A stretch of DNA of 63,983 nt, the filler included, from Dimargaris cristalligena (taxonomy: Eukaryota), in assembly GCA_003614675.1 (NCBI GenBank). It is 4 parts of 4 records of this genome, joined end to end, with 100 filler letters (N's around TTAATTAATTAA, not from the genome) between each part and the next. Parts side by side here need not be neighbours in the genome. Positions count along the whole stretch, not along the records: positions 1 to 16,751 come from ML002834.1; 3 more parts are not named here. One strand, given 5' to 3'. Below are positions 1 to 14,325 of this stretch, in pieces; position 1 is the stretch's first letter, and the number at the start of each line of letters is the position of its first letter. The notes below the pieces were generated by a model. The model was not told the origin of the DNA, did not search any database, and saw only the letters and a program-made list of their open reading frames with translations. A program made the translations under genes and the position numbers.

Positions 1-971
1 TCACATTGTTATCCTTTTATCCCGTCGATTTCGAAATCATTAGTACTATAGAACACCTGCCACTATTAGCCTGACTCCTCGACTCACGCCCCATTTACCC
101 TCCTGTATCACTGCTTCCCTTTACACTTCTTTAGAAAATTGTCAAAGAGGCCTCCGTTAAATCCGCCTAAATGCACAACACCGTCGAATAGCCATTGATG
201 GCCCATCACTCGGTGGACTACACTGATTTTACCGACATGGCCATTCTCTGGCCCGACTCTCACTGTCGGCTCTCTAGACTTTCTACCCGATTTTATATTT
301 AAACCTCCCATTAAAGAAGAGACGCTGGTCTCAATTTCCAATGGCGTGATCCCTTAGGACCTAAATAGATACCACTTGAGTTGGGAATAACCAACCGCAA
401 TGTTCATTAGAGCTCTGCCCTTCGTGTGTACTAGTTAAGTCTCCCGAATTAATCCAAGACGGACTTGGGGGTAGAAAAACATGGTTTTATGTGTTACGAA
501 AGGGGAGGGGGGTGAAGGCCATATAGCCGTGATATCATAGACTGATTAAAATAATTATGAATGTAATGGTAAAAGGATGATGGATTATATGGAAAGTGGG
601 TGGTGTGGCTGTAAAATTACGAACGAGAACCCCGTTTATAAAGGGTTATAGTCACAAAGGGGGGAGGGAGGTAATATATGATGGCAAACAAATGGGTAGT
701 AAATACCACACAACTGGTGTTTACAGGAAATATGACTATATAAAATAGGATACGGTAATAATAATAAAAAACAGAGCCAAGGGTAAACGCTGACGATATA
801 TGTATGGGATATAGAATCCAATCAAGCTAAAAGTAAAAAATTAGACGGGTTCCAAATTGAACCAGATACAAGGTCATTAATAAAATAACGGTATAGAGAA
901 GGCGAAAATGCACCAAGGACTAGAGAAGGGGCGGCGGCTGCTTTGGTCGAATGGGAGTGGACGGTGGTGGC

Positions 972-1754
<783 letters not shown>

Positions 1755-3283
1755 CTAGACTGTAGATGGTAGAGATTGTATGTAGATAGTGGTTGGTGAA
1801 CTGGAGTTTGGTTTGGGTCAGATGGAATACTAAGGGAAGGCAAATACAGCGTACTGAAGAGGAAAGTCTCGGAGTGTGACCGTTGGTATGGAAGAGGAGC
1901 GGAGTTGGGTGCTTGTCCTTTACAGAGAGGTTATATTAGTTAACAAGAGACCGAATGTAATGCGGGGACGGGAAAGTAAAGCGGGGCTCTTCCCGTCTTC
2001 AGAAAAGGTATTAATCATTGAATAGACCCTCCACACCCATCAGAATGCACTATTATATATAATATATGTATACCAGGCGACCCTCACTTGACCTCGCAGC
2101 TGCGGGATGGTTCCGATAGGGAGAAGGGCGGTACATAACATTTGATGCCCAAGCATTTACATTTCTTTTAAAACAGCCATTACGGTCAAACCTGTTGTTT
2201 TCAGCTTGTATTTTCGGATTCAAGTGATACTTGTAATGAAGCGGGCCAGAACATGGCTGCACTAGTATTAAGGCTCACTGAACCCATCCACTCCGATAGG
2301 GAATACCAATGCCAAAATTGGAAATAGCAATGTACTTTATAGAGCTCTAATCGTTTTCAGAGTCGAGCCAACGATAGTCTTTAGATTTAACAGCGCCCTG
2401 CCGTAGTGCCGAGTATACGCCCTTTCATGCCGAATCTGAAAGATTCGCTATATCAACTTTAATATTGCTAGGTATAGTTTGTCTTCTACCAAGACCACCT
2501 CGATGGTTCGATAATCGTCTAACTGGCACCTACTTCGAGGTATACATAAGTCGTTAGCATCCCGCATTTTCTATAAAGTAATACAAATATACCTCTAGAT
2601 TATATACCGGATCTTCCAATCATGAGGTAGTCATGCATGGAGAGGCTCCTCCTGGTAGACAGAGACACCAGACTGATCACGTTGCTTACCAACCGATGTC
2701 CCAGTACTACAGAGGATAGAGTTACGCGGTTTATGTGGATCATCGAGATGAAGAAAAAGGGAGTCGTGTATCGCGTGGGCTTGAGATATGCATACAATTC
2801 CCTCTCCTACATGGCTTGTCGCCAATTGAACTATACCGCCTGGCTGAGTAGAGCCCTAATAAACCATTGCGAATTATCGGGTAGGCACTTTAAATGCAAT
2901 ACACATGCAATTAGGCCCAGCTATGGAAAGTTAGACATGGTATGTATATATAAAAATAGGCTAGAGTCTCATTTTTAACCGGTTGTATTTGCCTTATCCA
3001 GCATATCGATTGTTATACGACCTAGTCGAGTCTCTCCCATATTAATATGTTGTGTCCATTGGCATGCGATGCCTGGTTTTGTCGGCGACCGATATCAATC
3101 CTAGCCCATAATCAATTGATCAACCCTATATTTTTAACACCCGTTTATCCTACCAATTGTACAACTAACACTTAATTCATTGGTTGGTGTTTTACCAACC
3201 AATTCAATTATTATCGCGTTTAAACCTACTATCCTGTTGTATCCATTTTCTAAAGCAATTCGTGTTCCTATAGTACCTGTATT

Positions 3284-3345
3284 GGCATATCAAGGGTGCT
3301 GAAATCCTACGAAGGGCATATCAAAGGTGCTGAAATCTTACGAAG
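3284..3345. repeat. 31-bp direct tandem repeat, 2 copies
   Basis: GGCATATCAAGGGTGCTGAAATCCTACGAAG (3284-3314) and GGCATATCAAAGGTGCTGAAATCTTACGAAG (3315-3345), 2 mismatches. Confidence 0.85.
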
Positions 3346-5443
3346 GAAACATAGCCGCCATCTACTCATTGAATTTTATATTTCGATACTACCATTGTCA
3401 GAACAATCAATATTATTTTCGCTGGTATTTTCAGAGAACTTAAACATGTGTAATTCCTTGCTCCTCATGTCTCTATTTATCATCTACCATGTATTCCAGC
3501 GCCCCCGAATTCAGCCAAAGTGTGCCCCTAATAAATCCTGTATATGTTAACCGAAAGCCCTCTTTTGCGGTGCCAAAACGTCCAGAGAAGAAAGTCAACA
3601 CCGTTTCCCAGATTCCTAAGCCTGGTACGTCAAGGGTGGAGCTGCCAGTACTAAAAATCTACATAAGATAATAGAGGGATAATTCCAAAAACACCCTTAT
3701 AGTATCCCCAAATTAAACACTTTTACATCAACGAGGAAAGAATGATATGTATCCCAATGGCTCACCCATACAATCAGGACCAATAAATCGTCGATTCCCT
3801 GGACTCGACGAGGGCTGGCTGTTCGCCTCCCTGGCGGTGGAAGGCATCCTACCGTCCACAGAGAGGCAGTTCGAATAACAGTCATCCGTCTTTTCAACAA
3901 AGCTACAATCCCTTATATATCTACACATATAAAGATACTAAAAAAAATTATAAGGTCACCAAATCCTAGGAAGTAGTGCACAAATCCTAATAAAAGGCTA
4001 GTTTAGTTATTTACTCGTAATACGGATGTGTCTCTCCTGCTCAGGCTTACAACCCCGGCATCCATTGCCCTCTCATATCTTACCAATATATAGATACTAG
4101 AGAGCCTATTGAATATACCAGCGTATTGGAAAACTTGATACAGAACCACACATAGGCCCCCGTTGCAAGGTTTGCGTTGGCCAGATAAGCAAGTAAGTGA
4201 CGGATGGCGGCGCAGAAGGGGGTGAGGATGGAAGTGGGAGGGGGATATTGCCAACGACGGTAAAATGCCCTTACAGTGGGCGGCTAGTGGGAGGTCGACA
4301 TACAGCCGGGTACTCTTATCAATCGATATAAGTTTATATATACTCTTCGTCTTTGTAAAGAAATAATTAAAATGGTGGATTTTACGCCCCTGCAGGCTGA
4401 TTATAGGCAATGGCAATGGTTAAAGAGTTGTTGGCACCGTATTGGCTGCCTTTTGATCCGGGATTTCCTCAAAGAAGGAATAAGCGAATGGGAAGGAGGG
4501 CGCTAGAGAGGAGATTGGTGGTCCGAAGAACTGGGAACTGACCAGGGTATATATTATAGGAGGAAAGAGGGGGGACTCGACAATCGATTCTGCGACTCGC
4601 CTGTACCCGGGGACTATGAATACAGCTAACCAAGCGGACGGGCACGGGTCAATAATGGGAGGGCTAGCCGAATAGTACGTGGGTGTATGAGCCAAGTCCA
4701 GCGAACATCCCCTTTTCGCTGCTAGGGCCCGAGTTGGCTATAGGGGCCGCCACTATTGTACCACCAACCTGCAGTCTATTGACCTTCTTGCTTCAGCCCG
4801 GAACAGAGGCGAGTTTACCCTATATCTATTATGCAGCTTATGAACGCTTATACCTTTTCCCGTCCACGCCAATAGTATCCCTTACGACTATCACATCCCT
4901 TTCCCTAACGTACGTTGAAAGTGAACCAGCCATCGGTCAATCGGACCCGAGCAGCAAGTTGGCCAGGGAATAGGTTTGTGCTGCACGGCAGGGGACTTTG
5001 ACGGTTTGGGGTGTTGCATCCACAGCCAGAGCAGGGGCCGACCTTGGCCGGTGTAGAAATCCAGTATGCCTGGATACCCCCAACGCTTCTGAGGCCGTTA
5101 CATCAGAAGTACCTGTGGATGACCCAAATGGGATATATGCATCCCAGTAGGTCCGGCGACAATATATGCGGGCACTACCACGCTCTTATCTGAGGATGGC
5201 CATCAGCCATATAAACAGTGCATCGGCCGCACTTCCTGGATCCCCAGTTTACTAGCGTCCATAACGCTTCTACTACTTCAGACTCCATATTCCTTTAATA
5301 AAACACGCTCTTTCTAATCGCTATTTAACAGGAGCATTGGGTGGCTTTCGATGGACGTGAAGCCTGGGTTACGCCTCAGCACATAGCCTAACATACCACC
5401 CCCAAACGATGGCATACGGTTGGCAAGGAAGAGCGGCGGATAG

Positions 5444-6081
5444 AGTCGATGGCATATCAGTTGGATCACCACGGCGTGCAATGACGCAACGTTTGCCGGC
5501 AAAGCCATCTATGCTTCTTTACACTGGCCTAATGCCAAGGAAATTAGTTCAAATATTGTCGATTTCCAACCTATGCCTCTCCTGTTTGCCCTAATGGCCC
5601 GCCGTGGCAAGGTTTTGGGGTTGAAGGCCCTATGATTGCTCAATGGGCGAAAGAGATGGTTAATCCGTTTAACAATAGTTTCAGTAGTTTCGTCGCCCTC
5701 ATGGTCCTGGAATTGGAAATTGCGGATTTGTATAAGTGGGCATTCGACATATTTAAATTATCCAATGACATCCCGTACCATTGTGCCAATATGTTCGGCT
5801 ATACCAGGGCCTTGCGCGTAATCGAAGAAAGTGGAGAGGCATATAATCCAGCCTACCGCACCTCCTGGAAGACATGTCTCGAAAAGAACGGGCTTTCGGG
5901 CGCCGTGGTCGTAAGAAGACTCGGAGATGACGAGCAGTCGCTGGTGGCCATTAGCGTACGTAAGTTGACTTTCCTAGATCAGGTCGAGGATGGTGAAGGC
6001 GCCATATTGTCGCCAGAATATGTCGAGAGCCCATTAGCCAATCCGAGCACACAGAAGAATGTCGCAGACCAAAAAAAATAA
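5444..6081 (+). pseudogene. Possible decayed lineage-specific protein gene (orphan ORF 5632-6081 plus a frameshifted upstream segment)
   Basis: The 149-aa ORF has a protein-like helical composition. An open stretch in another frame (5444-5632, ...DFQPMPLLFALMARRGKVLGLKAL*) ends in an ATGA overlap with it. No family recognised. Confidence 0.3.
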
Positions 6082-7381
6082 TAATCTCGGACATTATAAT
6101 TATTTTTATCTAATAAACACTTGAGCGACCTTGGGGTCAAATCTGATGGGGGGGAGTTTGTATAAAAATACTAAGGTTGGTATTATCAGAGCTATTCCTC
6201 TCGCTGCCCACAAACTCTATATACTTACCTAAATTGACAATTCTTCGAGATATCAATTTTACTGTTCGTTGATCTTCTGTAACTCAATAAACTCAATTAC
6301 GGTCATTTCACCTTTGTACATTTCTATCAAGTTGCTTCAAGAAGATCTTGAGTTTTCCCCTTAGTTTATAGCACTGATATATCGTGTAATCAAATAACTT
6401 TTACTGTTTTATTGGATGGTACAATTAGCCAAAATAGCTTATCCGATCTAATTACCTCAACGGCCCCTGTGGTCTTGTTTATAAAGATATATTATACTAT
6501 ATCTGTGGTAAATACTGCCTCATCCCCAAAGTGCAACTGCTGTGTCAAGAGCCAGTGGTTCGGTAGAGGTAGTAGTTATGTCATATGTCTCAATATCCAA
6601 TAATCACAACAAGGGACTCAGCTCCACCGCCGGATCACTGTGTTGTTGCAGGTAAGGCATCACGCTAACATGTGCACTAACACAGGCAGTTGGAAAACTC
6701 AGATAGCCATGGTAACATGGTTATTCTTGTAGAGATGGCTGTACCCTGGCTTTAGACTTAGGGATTCGATCCCATATACATGAGATACGTGGCTTAGAAT
6801 GGAGAAGAACCGACGACGCAAGCATAGCCTCTACTTATCGATGATGCTATTGACTTGATTTGCATTAACATAGAATTGAGGTTTATTGACCAGGAAGAGC
6901 CTAAATGTCCTCAATATACGACCAGGCAGCCTGATCCTACAATCACAACCCCCACGGGCCGTACAATTGCATACCCAGGGTGGGCGAATGGTACCCAAAG
7001 GCTAATGTACAACCAAAAGCACAAAGTAGGATTTATACCATATACGGGATATATAGGTGCTGGTTCCAAAGCAAGTGGTATCAAATATGCCCGCCTAGGG
7101 ATTACTTGAAGGAAAAAGGAACGAAAAGAAAACGAAAAGGACATCATGGAATCAGCAAAAATACAAGGGAAAGTACGATTGGGGCGGGCAGGTGCGGTAT
7201 CGTTGCAGTGAAAGCGTAGAAAGGGTTACAGGTCAGGAGGTATACTCAAGAGGAAGGGGTGCAATAGAAGCTAGTCGAGGCGGGTGGATAGGTGTGATCC
7301 TCCTCCCCACTCAGGGGAGTCGGTGAGTAGAAAGGATAATGATGGTGTACGGGCAATCAACCCGACGTTCAGTATGGAAAA

Positions 7382-8874
7382 TCAGAAAATCACACACCCG
7401 GAGCGGGTCTCCGCCGGGGGGCTTGAAACCTTCTCGATGGTGAGGAGCATCTGGTCAAATATTTTATCTGTGTATGGCAATGGGGTGAATCGGGAGGAAT
7501 ACGAACACATGAGTGCATATGGTAGCAGAATAAAAACAGGCGTGGGCTAAAAGTTAGTACCAATTGCGCCTGAATCCAAAGTGACCCCCTACTTCATTAT
7601 TAGATAGGATAGGGAGGGAGGGGTATTACCAGCCAGACGCAATAATACAATAATAGTAAATGAATAAGAAACTGACCTATATTCTCGTTGGTCTTGGCTG
7701 AGCACTCAATGGCCTCACAGTTCCAGCTCTTGGCGAGCTCGATGGCCTCTTCAGCGGACACCTCGCTATAAACGATGACGCGAGGAAAAGTAGAATAGAA
7801 GATGGGTTAGAGGAATGGATGACATAGACAACAGAGCAAGATTAGTTAGACAGCGTCACTAAGTGATGTGGTGGAAATAACCGCTGGGCCAGATTCCATG
7901 CAGTAGGATAGCCGGCCCAGCAGATAAGCGATGGGAAACCGGATATGCAAGGCCGCACCCGGAAGCATTTCCCACCCGAGGCGGGCAGGAGAGGAAAGGG
8001 GGAGGGGTGAATAGTCCCGCGTGTCATCAGCCGACCTTGCCGGTTGGCCTATAGTGTGTTTGGTGAAGAATAGAGGTGTAGCACTGAAGGGGGGGAGGGT
8101 AATATGCCGTTCATTCAACCGCCTCACGCTCCCCCTGTTACACTGCATCCATCCCCGCTCCGCACACCAGCATCGGTGGTCTTGTGGGTAGATTAGATTA
8201 CTATGCCAGACTATAGTCGAACTTACCGTTGGCTGTGGAGGTCAGTCTTGTTGCCTACCAGCACTAATGGAACCCAGTTGGTGCCGAAAAACGACAGGAT
8301 TTTGTCCCGGACGATTTTGGTCATTTCGAAGCTGGTTCGGGAGTCCACGGAGTAGGCCAGGATATAGCCTTGGACGCCCACCGCATACTTGGGGCTGAGA
8401 ATGGTGAATTCGTCCTGCGATTGAGATAGCATGCATTGGAGTAGCGCGGGAATGGTGGAAAGTGGGAGGGTATGCCGTGGGGAATTAATAAGTCAGGGCG
8501 GACGGATACTAATACTGCTAATACTACTACTACTACTACTAATAATAATAATTATAATAATAGCCGTGAAAGCCACTCAAGTCCAGCGACCCGTTCAAAA
8601 GAGAACGCACGAGAAAGCCCTTTGGTGTATGCACGGACGGGTGACTTGGTAGGCTACAAGGTGAGAGGGGAGTTAGGCTTACCTGGCCGGCAGTATCGAA
8701 TATTTCGCATTCGAACTCGATGCCCTTGTACTTGATGATCTTGCGGAAGGTGTTTTCGATGGTGGGGTAGTAGCTGTCGCAGAAGAAGTTTTCGACAAAC
8801 TGGACAATGAGAGTGGACTTGCCGACACTCCGGCTACCCATGACAACAATCTTGCGGACCTTCTGGGACGACAT
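7382..8874 (-). CDS. RHEB: Rheb GTPase (TORC1 activator), 4 exons, 184 aa
   Basis: Exons 8874-8683, 8414-8227, 7765-7677 and 7467-7382 with GT-AG introns join in frame (555 nt). G1 box MGSRSVGKS with the Rheb-specific Arg, effector YYPTIENTF, DTAGQDEF, GNKTDL, ECSAK and CaaX CVIF. Confidence 0.95.
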
Positions 8875-10026
8875 GGCGGACAATGCAGTGGTAGAAAGAA
8901 GGGGAGAGGGAGGGAGGGAGGAAGGTGGCTGTGGGTTGAATGAAAGGAGGGGTGAGTAATAACGATAGTATAGAAGGAATACAGACGAACAGAGAATGGA
9001 AAGGGTAAGGTCAAATGGAGTGAGTGGTTAGACCAAGTGCAAGTAGTAGGGTGGAAAAGAGTGGATAAGAGAAAAGAGGAGCCTGGGGACTTACTTGATA
9101 TATGGCCAGCGTTTCCCCCTACCAACACAGCTAACTGACAGCGGCTGTTTGTATGCAGTTTGTCACATGGTTAATGGAGACTTTGGAGAGGCCCGCATTT
9201 GACCAAAAGCCAACTATATTGCCACTACTGATTAATTTGGTACACTAATATCGGCGGGGTTAGTGGGGAGTGATCTCAGCAACGGAGCGGGCTAGTGAGC
9301 GAAATGGCAATATCAAGGCGACACACGTAAACAGCTGATAAGAACATGTCTTTTGGTGAAACATTAAACTAAAGATGGCCGCAAAGGGCTGTGAATAATA
9401 GGATAAGAGGAAAGGAGAGTTCTATAACAACCCGGAAAGGCCGGCATTATCGATCAGTCTGCCGAAGTGGTAGCGCTGGCTGGGGAGGCTCTGGTGACAA
9501 CGAAGGGGGAGAGGGAACGTTCGGTGAAGGCGGGTTGCTCTAGCGCGTGGTAACGACGTACCCATTATACATGTAAAACGAAGTCCGGCTGGCCCGTTTG
9601 CTTGTGCTAATCCTCGATGCGATATACTGTAAAGCCATAATAAGCCCTGAGCAACAGGTATACTGCTAAGTCTGTACCTCGCAAAGTATGGGTGGAGCAT
9701 ACAAACAGATATACGTGCATATACATGGACGCGACTGACGTAACCACAGTGAGTGCTACCCCGAATTCAAAGCGACGCTAACTTCCAACAGGGGAATGCA
9801 ATGGGCTTGGCGTGTCCATTATATACCACCAAGCTCGAATGCGTTACTGAAGCAATCTGCCGTACACCTCTGCCTTTCTTTCCTCCATTCAAGCCGTTCT
9901 CCGCATTGTTGGAGAATACCCGCCCTCATATCGACTCTACCGTCCGCCCCTTTTTATTATATATATATTTGCATTCTTCAGCTCCATCCCCCTCCCCAGT
10001 CCAATTTGTTGAAACCTCCATTAGAC

Positions 10027-11598
10027 ATGTCCGCCGCCCTACGCAAACCAGCCGCCACCTCGGTCCCCGGTAACTTAACCGATGCCCAAGCCACCCGGAT
10101 ATCCAAATGCCTAAGTTTCCTGCTCCGCCACGGCGCGGAAAAGGAAGGTCTCTCGCTGCGGTCGGACGGGTACATTGCCGTGGACCAGTTACTTCGGCAC
10201 CCTAAACTCCGGCAAGTCCCATTGGCGACGTTGCAATACGTGGTGGACCGCGACGCCAAACAGCGCTATACGCTGCGGGAAGAGACCTCGAGTTCGCCAC
10301 CGGGGTGGTATATCCGGGCCAACCAGGGGCATAGTTTAAAGGCAAGTTCATTAACCCTCCATGAACATACACGGGGTTGTGGGCCCCATCCATTCGCTAG
10401 GCTTCCGTCACTTGTACGTATATACCACATCCTCTCTCACCGTTCTTACGGTACTCTTTCCAGGTCTAAATTAGGGAGAATCAGAGCGGATTTATCACCA
10501 TCGCGTGACCAAGTCAGTTAGTTGAGCGCCATTCTTTTTCAACTCACTTGGGCCATTTTCGATTGATTAACCTCTCCACACCCGATCACTCTCAACCTTC
10601 CTTTTTTATTACCGCGTGGTGTGTCTCTATTATTCATACACCGCCCATCCTCATTATTTCTTTTCACACATGTGCCATGTAAACTTACCTTTTTATCAAA
10701 TTAACCGGCGCGTAGGTGGCTGACCTCGAGCTGGCCCTTATCCGGACTCCCACCGAAATCCCGGTGGTTGTTCATGGTAGCCAGGAGACCAACTGGCCCA
10801 GCATCGGTAAGTATGCCCCGGATTTATTTATCAACGCCATCTATCCATTCATTCACTCATTCATTCAATTATCCCCAATCTAGCCCTTCATACGCTTATG
10901 CACATTTCCTCGGTGTGTCTCCGCGACCAACTGGTATTTTTTATATGAACAGAATATCTAAGCTTCATTTTATTTCACTTCACTTATATTGCCGTGTATC
11001 CCCCCCCCCCTCCACGAATAGCCCAGCAGGGGTTGAAGCGGATGAGCCGCAACCATATTCATTTCGCACCCAACCTGCCCGGAGCTAATGAAGTGATCAG
11101 CGGTATGCGGAAGAAGTGCGATTTGCGCATTTATATTGATGTCCCCAAGGCCATGCAAGGTAAAATATTCTATTTGGCATATCCATCTCCCTCCACTATT
11201 AGTGGCAGTGGACCCAGTGTGCGGATTGTCGGCTCCCTTTATTTTATTTGCTGGATTAGCAACCCGGAAGAAGGAGCCAACAATCCCTCCCCACGCCCCC
11301 ATATTTACACTACCCAACCACGGGTAATGAATACACTTCCAGTGTCACGCTACGCTGCCAAATGGCTTGGCCTGCTTTCAAGGACTCTGCCTTCTCATCT
11401 CTGCTTGGCTATTATGATCCTATTTAATTAACCGGATACCTGGGGCTATTCTCGCTAGATGGCATCCGCTTCTACCGGTCCAAAAACAACGTGATTTTAT
11501 CGGAGGGAATCGATGGAATCATTGCCCCGAAATACTTTGCTCGGATAGACCACCTCACTACCAGACAGGCGAGTCCAGGGCATCGTCAGCAGCTTTAA
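10027..11598 (+). CDS. TPT1: tRNA 2'-phosphotransferase Tpt1/KptA, 4 exons, about 227 aa
   Basis: Exons 10027-10341, 10716-10806, 11022-11159 and 11459-11598 (684 nt). Motifs ISKCLSFLLRHGA, DAKQRY, IRANQGHS, VVHGS, GLKRMSRNHIHF, ISGMR and FYRSKNNVILSEG. Intron 1 probably uses a GC donor. Confidence 0.93.
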
Positions 11599-12563
11599 TG
11601 ACTATGGTATGTATATGCCCTTCCGTTGAGGGGTGCGGTAGTTTCATTCAGCACGGGAATGGATGATGTTTCAGACCTTCCTCGTCCTTATTTTGGACCA
11701 TTAAAGGCTTGGTATACCCTTTCCCTTTTCATACACACACCCATCCGTGTGATCCGCCGATAGAGTGATCCCAATCACCGGGCCTTCGTCTATTAATAAT
11801 GTGAATGTTGGATGGGTTTATTGATTTCCGAGTATAGAGATAGTGCTGTCACTGCAATCCAAACAAGGGTGGTATATAGTGGAATTAAGCCCAACTAATG
11901 TATGAGAGGACTGGTCAGATGGCCAGAGTTTCTCGGAGGTATTAGGAAGTATGATGAATGAGCTAGAAAGTGGGAGCTGAGGTGAAGCAGGTGGGTTGGG
12001 TCGCACAGAAATAGCATTCTCCCTTCCCCTTCTTCCCATCGGTGCAAAATCACAATGAAGACGAGAAGGGGGGAATGGCTAATATGTGCGGAGAAGGAAG
12101 GACCAAGAGAGGGGAAATCCGCCGGGTGGAGGTATCCAATAGAAAAGGAGATAAAGTAGTAGTATATTCGTTGGGGTAGACGAGAATATTCAGGGCAGAG
12201 GGCCTACTATTCCTTCCATTCCACACCACATCTTTCTGTAACAAAGCCTGGGGCCCTGGAATACTACTCCCTCTGTCCTTCCGCCTCTTCCATTATTCAA
12301 ACTGCAAGGTCGCCACACATTTTGAGTGTATGAGAGAGAGAGAGAGAGAGAGAGATCCCGTGCCCGTAATCCTACCGACGGTTCACCACCCTACCTCTCC
12401 CCTTCGCTCGTCTATAACTACACGGCCACCGGCCCTCTGACCACTTCGTACTTCTTCCTCCCAATTGCCTCGTTAGTTTACTACTGCATCTATACCTACG
12501 CTCCCGTTACTACCCAATTTATTTATTATAACTATCTCCCCTCCCCTACCCGCACTCTTCAAT

Positions 12564-13260
12564 ATGTCTGAGGTAAGTTCTGCAAACCCTTGGCCAGACG
12601 TTGTCCCCACGACCCTGTTCTGCGGGAAAACTGCCCCTCCTCCTTTCCCATGCTTATTGAAGGGAGAGAGGAAGGGATGCTATACGGCGGCATTTCCCCC
12701 GCCTCCGCCCCTTGTCCACTGCCCCATTTAACTCAACTTAACCTAACCGCCTCCCATTCCCTCCCATCTGCACATGCCTCTATAGACCCACACCTTCAAA
12801 GTCAAGATGGCCTGCTCCGGCTGCTCCGGTGCCGTCACCAAGGCCCTCGGCCGCGTCAAGGGTAAGTTACCCATACACACTCTCTATACTTCTTATTGAC
12901 CTTCCCATTCAGCACCGGTTAACTTCTGGGTTGGCTGTATGGTACAGACTGCCGCAGTCATGGGTGGGTTCACACCTGCCGCTCTAGTTTAAATATATAT
13001 ATATATATAGGCTTATTATTGATGCTAATGCTTGAATCCTACCTTCCATTGGGTATATGCCTACCATCCATCACCACTCCTTACTTAATGGGACCCATTC
13101 CTGCTGTGCCGTAGGTGTCGAGAAGGTCGATATCGACATGGACAACCAGAAGGTCATTGTCACTGGCACTGCCCCCCATGATACCATCCTCGAGGCCATC
13201 CGCGCCACTGGCAAGGAGGCCCACCCCGACCTGGAGAAGGAGGCCGTCTCCTCTGCTTAA
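12564..13260 (+). CDS. ATX1: Atx1/ATOX1 copper chaperone (HMA domain), 3 exons, 76 aa
   Basis: Exons 12564-12572 (MSE), 12786-12861 (THTFKVKMACSGCSGAVTKALGRVK) and 13115-13260 (GVEKVDIDMDNQKVIVTG...ATGKEA). MxCxxC metal motif and canonical GTAAGT donors. Confidence 0.93.
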
Positions 13261-14325
13261 GCATCCCCTCCCCACTATTTTGCCTGTGGTTTTCTCACTT
13301 TAAGTTATGGACTGTTTCTCCCCATCTATTCGAGAGAAAATAGGCCGACCTTGAATTGTCTAGATTATAGGGGATTAATACAGGGTTACTGTTGCTGCCT
13401 TTGACATGGATTGGCTTCTGTATATTCATTCCATTGAGTTATCCTGTTTCATTTGCAACTCCCGAGCGGCTTTTTTACCGGTTCCCATACTTTGGCAGGT
13501 GATTGTGGCTTTGCGTTTGCGTTTGTGTAGCTGGTGGTTATATGATGGAGTCCACGGCTATGTCATGTATAACCAACCCTGAAACGGCAATGCATCGAGC
13601 TGATATTGGGGAGAGGGGGTCATGGTGATAACTCAGCCCTCCTCCCACGCCCACTCCACCCAACTCAACCCAACTTCGTTAATAAACCCTATTTTATACA
13701 TGCTTTGGAAACCCAGGCGTCAATTTAGGCTGGCGAGCCACATAGGTGGGAATGGTGGTATATCCTCCCTCTCCCATTGGGCATCGTAAAATGGATCTGA
13801 CAGTGGGATTTTAAGTCATCGGTCATGAGGATAAATGTACCCACGGGCAACCAATAGGTGAATTCCCTTTTGCCTTGCCTCTTGGGCTGTGGGCCACGGG
13901 GTTTTTTTTACCTGTCCCCTACCACAACCACATTCTCCAGCCCAATTTTTTTCACTGCGATGTTTTGTGTAAGGAAGGAGGGGTGTATAGTAAGAATAGC
14001 TAGCTTAACAAAATAGACAGTTAGCCATGTGTGTGAAAGAATGAGCGAGACTGGTAAAGCAAGGGTTTATTGTATGTGCGGCTGAAGGAATCCCAAAGGC
14101 ACTTTTAGCAGGTTCTTTGCTAGTAAAGTATTATTGACCTCCTCTCATCCCCAGTGTCCTCTCCTTAATCCCTTCCTTTCGAAGGGCTATGTGCTTTTTT
14201 TTTTTCACCTCTTGTTGCTCATTAAGTCTACACATTCTATTATCTATCTAGCTTGCCGGGTTATTGCTTATTGACCTTCCTCCTCCTCCCTACTCTCCCT
14301 ATACTCTCACTCTCTCCACCCGACC

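Noticed and set aside
135-170. Possible terminal exon (KIVKEASVKSA*) after a pyrimidine tract and TTAG
   Set aside because: Too short to support without the upstream sequence.
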